DNA from: Sphagnum compactum
Taxonomy: Eukaryota
Length of the DNA stretch: 64,000 bases
NCBI GenBank assembly: GCA_965153455.1
Contig: OZ234493.1
Coordinates: 36,074,213-36,138,212 of the forward strand
Reading direction: 5' to 3'
The number at the start of each line of letters is the position of its first letter. Position 1 is the first letter of the stretch. The position numbers and the translations under genes are program-made. The notes beneath the pieces are model-generated. The model was not told where the DNA came from and made no database searches. It was given only the letters and a program-made list of their open reading frames with translations. Positions 53,801-64,000 of the stretch are shown piece by piece.

Positions 53801-55435
53801 GTTTTCAAAAGCATGTCAACATGGCACTACAAAGGAAAATGTTTATAGAAATTTGAAATATGTTTTTATCAAGTCTGCCCAAGCATATTTGCAAAAATGC
53901 ATCATTTGGCCTAAGAAGTTTAAGAAGTTTAAGAAGGGTAGACATGAATGGAATAAGGCTTGTCTTGAAACTGGAATTTGACCCAAATATTAAACATTCC
54001 AGTCAAAACAAGGCAATTTTTTCAAACTCATTATTATTTTAATTCTTTAAAAAATTTGTGGTTAAAAATTTGATAGGATAATTAATCAAGTTGTTTTTTT
54101 TTTTTTTTTGAAGTTTGCTAGTAAAATAATATGTTTCAAGAAGCTTTACAATTTTGATCTGCCATTGTGTTTTGTTATAGCAAATAGACTATTGTGAAAA
54201 TCATTGGTCAAGTGCCTCCACCTCTAACATGGCAAATTTTTCAAACTATTGTTGATTGTCTTTCCTCAATTGTTTTTAATTGTGTTTTTAATTAATCACA
54301 TGGACATTGGCTTTTTAGTGATTACACTTTGCCATTTCCATGAGTTTGAAACTTAAGGAAGAATATCAAGTTCTACCTTCATTTGAAAGGTTAATGGATG
54401 ATGATTCAATTGTTAATGATGAGTTATCTTTGTTGGCTTCTAATATTAGAAGGGAGGTTATCAATGTGCTAGATTTTTTTCCTCTCGTTCTTAAAGGTTT
54501 ATGATAAGAGGAAAGCCCATGATATGATTTCTTTGATGTTAGACCCTAGGTATAAATGACTTTGTATTAATTTTCATTTGTTGGAAGGGAACAAGGTGTT
54601 ACTCTTGTTGAGGAATACGATAGGAAATCCTTATATCCTATGTTGGTCAAATGTCATGAACATTTGCATCCTTTGGTGAGATCGAAGATGAATTTTGCTA
54701 ACCAAAATATTTTTTATCAAGATTATAATTTGGATATATTTAAGCAGATTGCAAGCACCAATGAAATAGTAAAACAACTTGTCAATAAGGAGATTCTGAT
54801 TTTTAAAAGGTATCAATTGGATGTTAAGGACATAGAATGTCCTCTTCAATGGTGGCAGAAACATGAGGCAATGTTTCCTATAGTTGGGGATTGTTGGAAC
54901 GCAAATAGAAACAAAAAGGATATTTTCTTTGAATGAAATTCTTACTAACCTTAGGAGATGTCATTTGCAAACAGAAAATTAGAGAAGTTGATTTTTGTCA
55001 ACGAAAATTGGCCTAATGATCTTAGAATAAGATGTAAATCTTCATTTAATTTATTAGAATTCCTTGAAAGAAATGAAGTTGTTGAAGTGTAAAAGTTCAA
55101 TAAATAAATTGATGGTTAGTTTAGATTTTTTTTTCTAACATTGTTTATAATTTTTTCATTGTTAAAAAAAGAAATCAAATCAATATGTTTTGAATTTGAA
55201 TCTTATTTTCTAAAAATTAATTTCTAATTTAAATAATAATAATACTCAGTTTGTGAGAATTGGCAAAGGAGAACCAACATTATGAGAACCGGTTTCATTT
55301 TTTAAAAATGTTGATACCCTTACCTGGTGGAAAGTTTATAAATTCTTTGAGGGAAAATCGTATTCAAAGGGTATCATACTTGTTGAAAACTGGACCCGAT
55401 GGGTGTCATAAAATTATGATACCCGCCCAACACTG
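50842..55435 (+). mobile_element. Full-length (4594 bp) hAT DNA transposon with a decayed transposase
   Basis: TIRs CAGTGTTGGGCAGGTATCA and TGATACCCGCCCAACACTG (18/19 match). Identical 8-bp TSD GTAAAAAC at 50834-50841 and 55436-55443. BED finger (CWSFY..CIFC..KHVDVDH), SFDLWM, CLGH, PLQWWQKHEAMFP and NENWPND over about 52900-55050. Confidence 0.96.
51100..51600. repeat. Low-complexity CCTTGTTG/GCCTTGC array inside the hAT element
   Basis: Many short degenerate units; produces spurious Cys/Leu-rich ORFs in three frames. Confidence 0.8.
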
Positions 55436-56160
55436 GTAAAAACCTCTAAAATGTTTTCTAGTGTATTTGGTACATGTACAGAGTGTAAATGCTCATGGGG
55501 CATTTCAAAAACCAAAATGCCTTTCTTCCTCACCATTGAGCTTTTTTTCGTTCTCTCTTTGAGTTGATCTCTTAAAAAGAGAAAACCGACCAACACTGCT
55601 TTCTTTTCCAAAAAAGAAAATCAACCTTCTTAATGTGTTTGGAGGGGACTCCTCAAAAGGGAGAGGAATTTTAAGCAGATGCAAGGAACCCGTCGCACTC
55701 TCAAGGAATAGGCATAAGAATCCTCCCCCTCTTAGGCCTCATTATGTACATACATTAAGATTCATGATATGTTTGTCTCATGCTTTATAATAAGCAAATC
55801 CTGGGGCTGGGAAAAGTCCCAAGACGTGGGCCTAGACTCAAACCTTGGTGGTCCTAGGCCCCTTATTCCAGGAATGCTCACATCCTTGGAATTTACCTCA
55901 ACAGAAAGCGCTAGCAGAAACTTTCTATTCTATACAGACTCGGGAGGGCACAATTTCAAATGGAATTTTTCCTCTGCCAATGGGACAGGTATTTCATATT
56001 TCAAAATGCCTCGCCTCTTTTTCCCCATAATACGATCCTGGTATCACAAGAAAAAATAATAATAAATCATTTCAGCTGGTGATCTAAGTTGGGTAACGGC
56101 CTCAGAGCGGGGAGTTCCCAAAACAAGCGACTCTTCTCGTCTAGGCCTTGGCAGGGCACT

Positions 56161-56315
56161 TATTTCAGGAACACCCCCACTCCTCAGCTGTTACCCTACA
56201 CATGAAAACTGTGTATGGTTGAGCACATTGTAGCAAGCACGTATTTCAGGAACAATCCCAGTCCTCGGCTGTTACCCTACTACACATGAAAACTGCGCAT
56301 GGTTGGAGCACATTT
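56161..56315. repeat. About 81-bp tandem duplication
   Basis: TATTTCAGGAACA...GCTGTTACCCTAC...ACATGAAAACTG...ATGGTTG.AGCACATT at 56161 and 56242. Confidence 0.9.
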
Positions 56316-57759
56316 TGACATGTTTGGCATGCTGCTCCTCCTCCTACGGTAACTCGCGAAAGTGACAAAATAAACCCAGCTTTTGCAGAGAAAGCCAATT
56401 CTCTGGAGTAATGAGATACACATCTTACCGATTGATGTCAGAATTTGCTCATCCCAATGCAGCACGAGTTGCTGATTTGAATTAAGAGGTGAAAACAAAG
56501 ATGGGAACTAAGATTCTTCCAATGAACTACTGGCTAGTAGTAAGTACCCAGCGGCCAACCCAATTTTTTGTAGGTATTATTGTAATTCAATTCCGTTGTG
56601 CAGATCCTTTTTTTTTTTGGGGAGTTCCCAACTCACTTGCCATCAATTAGTTGTGTCCAATGGAACCCCAACTTTAATTTTTCTCATTCCAGAAGAAATT
56701 AGTTATTAGTTATTACTACTAGTATTATTTTTATTCTATTTGTCCTTTAATTGATATTAAAGAAGTAAAAGCTATTTTTGTACTTTACACAACCCACATC
56801 ATGACTCGTGACCAGGTTCCCTGTTAAGACTGCAGGGTCTGTTCAAGTAGAGGTGTTTGTAATTTATTCATATGTCGGCATTCATGCAAATTTTTGTTTG
56901 TTTGGTTTTGGAGTTTTATACCCCGCCCCCTGCAAAAAGTGGGGCTTAAATGATAATTATCAGATGCTCTTGCATTCGCATAAGTGTGTACAAAACTTTT
57001 GGCCAGGGTGAACCTGCTGCACCCCCGCACTGGTTACCCCTCAGTCTCTTGAGTAAGGCCTCTTATTAGTGGCCAAATTAAACCCAATTTAAATGTTAGA
57101 TTTGGACTTAGAGAGACCAAGATTGAGTCTTATTTATAATCTTTAGAAATAATTTTAGATGAATTTTGGGGTTTTCAAATTCCTGGTTCTTCAAAAACAA
57201 ATTTGCAGGCGAAATATTTTTATTCCATTTCTTTGGGGTTTAGGCATGGAGTTGATCAAACTAAAAATAAAAATGTGCTCACTGGAGACAAAAGTAACAA
57301 TTGCGTGCCTAATGATATCCCCCCACTCTACCCCCAAATAATTATTCAAAAATTGTGTATACCTGATTTGTTTTCTCAAACTAACAACATGTTGAACCCC
57401 ACTTAGAAAAAAAAAGATTTTATTAAAAAAAATGAAGAACCAAAACTTATATAAAATGAGCTTTGGAGTCGGTTTCAGTTCCAGGTCTGGTTCGAGCCAA
57501 AGGCTGAAATTCCCAATTTAAAGCCCGTGGTGTGGATACATGTTAACTGGACAGAGAACAGAAACCAGCCTACACTGGTATTTACCATTGCCACCCAAGG
57601 TCTAAACTTCAATTTTCCTTTTCCTTTTTTTCTCTTTGAATTCTCTTTGAATTTGGTAATTTGAAAACAGCCTTGTCACATGGTGGGCAATAACGTCAAT
57701 TTTGGTCCTGAAAATTATGATTTTGATGCATAAAAATATTTTTTTGGTGAAAATTAATT

Positions 57760-57935
57760 AGCCAGATTTCGAAAAAGAATTTAAATTACCAGATTTATCC
57801 AAAAGGTTCCAGTAGGTAGCAAAATATTCAGGATTCTTAAATGTTTTACTTTCATAGCTGGTCTATAGCCAAATTTGGCTAAATCTTCTTGTTGACAATT
57901 GTCAGGTTGGCTAGATCACAAAATTGAAGGAAAAA
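57760..57935. repeat. Dispersed repeat with the 16-bp palindrome TAGCCAAATTTGGCTA (related copies at about 695-825, 40265-40310 and 48720-49100)
   Basis: Exact palindrome at 57866-57881 and 49027-49042, variants at 40291-40306 and 807-822. Shared AGGTTCCA.TAGGTAGC at about 48724 and 57804. Confidence 0.8.
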
Positions 57936-60900
57936 AACACCAATGATCCTGTGCTGTAGTTGCTGGCTTAATTGATCAACTGGATATAGCTTACTTGTTG
58001 GGATAATTGAAGCGACCTCCCACCATTCACATGCAAACCTTCTACCCTTCAGGAACCTTTCATATGTTACATTGGGGAAGGCCTCTCCTCCTAGGGGCAT
58101 ATGCAAATTTTTGGACCTACACCCCTTGAGCTACAGCCTTCAAATTAGGGGCGGCCCTTGGGAGCAAGTCTTTCCCTATGCATAAAGACCTAACTTTTTG
58201 TTTTTAAGTGTATTCTAATCCGATGTTATATGGTGAATTTTTTTGTCCATATCTTGCATGGGTGTTACAATGTTCAAAAAACTTATCTACCTCTCCATGG
58301 GTTTTATGAAAATCATAAAGCCCACTTCGGGGTCTTATCACAGCCAGACCACTGGACAATTTCAATCTTTATGCACATTATAAAGCCCTTGGCCATGGGC
58401 TTCACTGGATGAGGCTTGTGCTTGACTTTGCCTCACACAACCCTTATTTCAGTAAAACCTATGGCCTTGGCCGTTACTTATCATGTAAAAGCCCTGTGAC
58501 TATATTTTAAATGTTGGAAACATGGCACCTCACAAAGCATAATACTTTCTCTGCAAAGCAAGGGAATTTTTCATTTCAAAAAAAAATTCCTGACCCAAAA
58601 AAAAAAGAAAATAATGATGAAGCTTTATGCTGAATAAGGCCCTCGAGGAGTGCATTACCAAAACTGGGGCCATGCTTGGTTCCACTTTGCATAGGCCCCT
58701 TATTCTGGTAACACCCTCCCTTGAGGGCCTCACCTATTCATTTTGTCTTGGGAGACTGAAAATGGCCACCTTATCATTCTTTCATTTCTATTTTTGCCTA
58801 AGGATTGCACTTTTCATTGGTTTCCCTTTTTTTTTTTTAACGGTGGTGGGCTTATTTGCAATAGAAATAGCCAAATAGCCGCCCACATGAGGAGACATGG
58901 ATCATTAACTATGCTTAGGTAATACTTAGATGAAGTGGAGGCAGAAATGGTCATACATAAAGTATCTACTTACAATGACCACATGTCCTTCGATTGCTGA
59001 TTGTTTCCCCCGCCCCACCCCCCTTTTACTTCCGGTAACCACTATCTATATGCCCGTTCATCCATCCGAACTGGCCAGGGAGGGCAGCAAGCAGCAGAGC
59101 AGAGCATGATGATTTTACTGACAAAGTATCAGCAAAGTTTACATCATCATCTGTGGGTGGGGAAGGAATGAATACATTTCATCCACCTGATTCAGAGTGG
59201 GTCAAAATCTCTTTATACACACACTTGAGGGCAAAACTCGGTTAACTCAAAAATTATTATTCCTCTAGAAAGAACAGCCAGCCGGAAGTTGCTATAGGAT
59301 ACGAAGTAAGACAACACTGACTGACGGAGGCGTCCTCCTCCTCCTCCTTCTTCCAGACCAACACAGGAGAAATGCAGGAGAAAGGAAATCCCGGAATTGA
59401 CGGGGAAGAAGAAGAAGAAGAATGAGGGTGATGACAAATTTTTTTACATTCTTTTTCTATTCTGGGTGCACTGGTTTTTTGCAGGGTTGTTTTTTTGTGT
59501 TTAATTTGTTTGCCCTGTTAGTAAGGTACTCACTCACTGCAGTCTGTTTCTTTGTCCAATGAAGATTTGTCTGTGTGGCCTGTTGTTGTTGTTACTCCCT
59601 GCCATGAAAACTTCTGACTCACAAAGTTCATGCAGGAAACCAGTGCTACCCAAGTTTTAGAGGAGAATTTTCTGTGTGTATTAACCCTCATTGCAAGAAA
59701 ACAACAAGCTCAATAATTGAATCAACATGGCTTCAATCCCCCAGTAAATAATAAGCACCACTTTGCTTGAGAATCCTGTCACTAATTTTTTCTTTTAATA
59801 AAATAAATTTTAATGTTGTAAATTCAAGGTTAATTTTACCAAAAATTGATGCCCATGCAGATCTACCAGAGTCATGCTATGTCATAGCATTTTCTCTGTT
59901 CACACTGGGGAATAGTAGACCTTTGTTTGATGAAATCAAACTTGATGTTATTTCCAGTGTTGCTGGGTATTAGAAACTGCACCAAACCAGGGTTGTGCAG
60001 TTCTTCTCCTTTAAGAGAACCTCCAATCCCAGTTGTAATGTTGTTTCTGTTTTAAGGGTTCTTTGGATGCGAGTTTGAGCCCAATGTTTCCCATTTCTAA
60101 ACTCTTTGATTTTAGTTATTGCATTTTTTTTTAAATTCAAGAACTTTTTGAGGCCTGGTTCAAAAATTCAAGTCTGGTTTTATGTACATGTTACACACTT
60201 CCCAATGTTACAGAGAGTGCATAGGTGTAGGGTAAGGCCCTTGTCTTTAGGGGCTTCACAAGTTTGATCTCTTATAAGAGTGAAAGGGATGAGAGCTTGT
60301 GAAGCACCCAAGGGAATCCCTAACCTTGCATAAAACATCTTGAAAAAAAAAATGCTCACCCGCTCTAGCAACTTGGAAAGTAGGTTACACTTTATGAACC
60401 CATGCCCAAAGCAAGTCCATGGGATTAAGCCCTCTCCAATTTCAGAGGAATTGTTTTCAAATGCATTATGTACAAAGTTTCATAACAAATTAAAGCCAAG
60501 GATTCTATCAGTATGGAGTTCATCAACTAATTAAAACTAATATTTCAATATAAAAATCATTTCACTGTCAACTTTTTAACTTAAATATCTCAACCGTATG
60601 TTCAAGAATGCTTTTTCACAATTTTAATTTTGATTTCAAATCTAACAAAAAGCTAATTTTATAGTTCAATTCTTGTGCTAACTCTAACAAAAGAGTGTTA
60701 GCTTGGTTTTAAGTCATAAGAATTTGACATTGAACTCTCATATTTAACATTACAAATTAAATATCTTCACAACATTAGCCAAACCCTTTCCAAGTACCAA
60801 GGTGACATTTAAGGTTCATATTTGCGATCCTCAAAAGTTCAAATACCCAATTTTATTTATAATCACAACTCTCAAAAAAAATTTAAAATAAAATTACTAT

Positions 60901-61041
60901 CAATTTTCATTGGTTCTTTCATGGAAATTTGCGGCTTTTTAAAGAATTGGAGCCAATAATTATTTGATCTTGTTTTTGTTTCCAACATTTGGAACTAGTG
61001 TTTCTTTGGTTTTGAAATATTTAATCAAACCAAATAAAATA

Positions 61042-61065
61042 CCCCCCCCCCCCCCCCCCCCCCCC
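61042..61065. repeat. Poly-C homopolymer (24 nt)
   Basis: Direct reading. Confidence 0.95.
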
Positions 61066-64000
61066 AACATTCGTATTTTGTAAAGCTTCTCACAAACCAA
61101 ATAATTTTGGTACTTTAAAAATTTTATTTTTATGTTTTCAAAATTTTTAAATTTTGGCACAAATGAAAAAAAAAACTTCAGTATAGAAAGAAAACATGAC
61201 AATGAACTTAGGACAGCAATGGCAACCCAATCTCCATGACCATCATGGAAAGAAAAACCTACCAATTAATGAAATTATTCTTAGGCAAGTGATAGGGCTT
61301 TAATTTGAAGCCTGTCATGCAAGCAAAGGGCAAAACGAACATTCCATTCCTTGCCAAAATCTTGTAAACACTACTCATGAACAAAAGAGACCCTAAATTA
61401 AGATTTTGAAGCACGGGTTGCCAAGGTAATGTAACATAATCCAAAAAGTTTATCCAAATCAATTGTTTTCTTTGCTTAAATATCTCACAACTTCCAAGAA
61501 AAACTTCTGATTTTTGCTAATACATATTGTCCAATGCATGACTCCCATAAAACACATCCATGTTGTCTTAAAGCCTTTAAACGCATTTGCAAAAGTTCTA
61601 TCGAACACATACTATTCAAATGTGAATCATCCCCAAGGTCCGTTAGCAAGAGTCTTCACACTCATCATGTTCATGATATTCAATGCCCATTTTCAAGCTT
61701 GCTTGACATGTGGATACTAAAATAATCTCAAATACTTACGCCTATCATTTTAATTCACTAGGTTTGTAAACTTAATGGGGGACATGTCACCCAATGGTGG
61801 GTGGTAGGTGTAGATTTTATTTTATAATTGTTTTTTGCCTACTTAAAACAATACAAAGTTCACTTCAATTACTCATTTCAACATTTAAAATTTGTGATTC
61901 AGTTGTTCAAAACAATTTTAGTAGATTGTTTCACACAATTTCCTCCTTACAACTATTGTTCTTTCTGCACGAATTTTATTTCCTTTTTAAAAACAGAATT
62001 TGTGGTCAAAATTCAGTTAGATTATCAAAAAGCCAAAACACAACACATACATAATGAAATCCATGTTTCTTCATCAAATCCACACTTCTCTTTTTGCTTA
62101 GAATTGAATCATATCAAAAACTATAGTTTTAAAGGTAGAAATTAGAACTGAAAACATGAAAAACTTGTGGTTTCAAGTATTAACAAAAATTTGAAATCAT
62201 ATGTGTCTCCTTGTTTAATTTTAGCAATTATCTAAATCTTACTCTATGTGTAAAAAAAAATCTCCCAAATTCCCACAATTTCCAAAATTACATCCTAAAT
62301 CACTTCCTTCTAAAAGTGATTCAAAATCAAATGTCCATTAGTCTCAATCCTATCCAGCTCATTCACTGCCTTGTTTTCCCAACCATTCTCATGATATATT
62401 TTACCTTGGTTGATCACTACCACACATCGAATAACATTACCTTCCCTCCATTATAGATTTCGTCCTTGAAATCCTTCCTTCAATTAAAAAAAAATTGTTT
62501 TTCGTATCATTTTCAATCGTCTGTGGCTTGGTTTGTTCCACCTGAATTATTAATATAGTACTACTTGTACTTCAATCTATGGTCTTGTATGGCCCTTTTT
62601 TTTTGTACTTACTTGAAAAACTGAATTTTCAGATAGTGTGGTGTTGTTACACCTTCTTGGTTTTGCTTCTGTGTATGTTTCACCACCTATTCCACACCTT
62701 TAATTGGCTCCCTTTGTGTCCCAATATCATTAGTTATTATTTTTGTCTCTTGTTGTGAAGTTGTTTATGTTTGTTCCTCTATTACCATAATTGGAGTATC
62801 ATGTCCTCCCCTCAAATTTTTTGATTTTTTTAAATGTTTATCCTTGACTACTCTAATGCACTCAACTTCCTCCACTTCCTATACAAGACTAGACGATTTT
62901 GAACCATCTGAACTATTATAAATAAAATTTGGAAAGGTTTTTTTGAACGCAAATAAATGTCTTCTATAGGTGGCCTCATCCTTTCTGTGTGCAACCAATT
63001 TTTTCTACATCTCCTCCTAAAATTAAACCTCTATCAACTCCCACCACTCATCAAGTTCAACATTAGCATCATCCATTTGTTGTTTGGTATGCAATATTGA
63101 ATAATTTTATACCAAGTCATTATATTCTTTCAATTTATTGTTGACATATGCTAGATCCAAATCCTTGTTCTTCTCCACCAAATCATCCAGCTTTGACTTG
63201 GTTTTGACCATCTTGATTACTTTAATTCATTCACCTCAATGATTATTTGTTCTTTGCCCTTTTCAACCTTTTATCTACGAAGCTCCTCTCTTGCAATCAT
63301 GTTCTTCATTTGCAAGATTTACACTGTCATCTTCTGCGACATGGTTTGAATTATAATCTCATGTTCTTGCAATCACAGTTCCCTTTCTCTTTCCAAGCCT
63401 TCAACCTTATGCTTATATTCTATTAATGCCTTTTGATATCAATGGTCTGTGTCATTCCATGCCTCCTCTTTTTTTTTCATCTCCTTACATTCCTTAACTT
63501 TGTCCATTCCATCATCCTTTTCTTCAACTCCTTATTTTTTGTGGTCGATTGCAACATTTTCACATTGACTTTCTCTCATGTCTCCTATTTCTTCCAAGTT
63601 ACTATGCGTTGTTTGTATTGCTCATATATTTCTTTCTCCTACTTCATTTGTTACAATAACCCCTTCTTTTCCCCCTCCACTACAGTTAATCTAATTTTTA
63701 ATGCAAACCCAAATCACCCATTTTCTGATTCACAATTGCCATTGCTCGAAACATTTCTATAGTTTTGTTACTTCCCAATACGTCTTTTGCCAGCTCTTCT
63801 ATAAATTTGGGAGTCAAATTTTGTGGTGTCTCCTCTTTAAAGGCATATTTTGATGACAATCCCCTTTCCCTCATTTGTTAACCCAAATCCATATCCAACC
63901 CCTACCTTTTTGTTGATCCTAATATACTATGTGGTAGCATTATCGCAGGTGGTCCAAAACTATTAAATGTTGATTCTAATACAACCATTTGTGGTTCCTG

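Noticed and set aside
59073..59190. miR408-like sequence or C/D-box snoRNA (ATGATGA...CTGA)
   Set aside because: No complementary mature miR408 arm, no convincing terminal stem and no recognisable rRNA guide.

Overview
Eukaryotic nuclear DNA from a land plant, most likely a moss such as Sphagnum (inferred from PPR-DYW style and repeat content, not verified). Three intact spliced genes: alpha-tubulin (+, 1380-3099, 4 exons), MAD2 (-, 25236-27019, 6 exons including a 16-nt micro-exon) and a GT-1-clade trihelix transcription factor (-, about 42036-47155, with a GC-AG intron and an ambiguous N-terminus). The rest is mostly decayed mobile DNA and gene fragments: a complete hAT element with 19-bp TIRs and a perfect 8-bp TSD (50842-55435), an RLE-type (CRE-like) non-LTR retrotransposon, a pogo-like transposase, a Sola2-like remnant abutting a Sola1-like remnant, and CACTA ends. 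Orphan gene pieces include ethanolamine kinase, a COQ11/At5g10730-like SDR, an ABCC transporter and an internally inverted PPR-DYW gene. No tRNA, rRNA or CRISPR array was seen. I found no clear new multi-gene system. The best leads are the Sola2/Sola1 composite, the GT-1 N-terminal splice ambiguity, the inverted PPR-DYW, the RLE retroelement and a hairpin cluster at 40.7-40.9 kb. Family assignments come from remembered motifs; no database searches were run.
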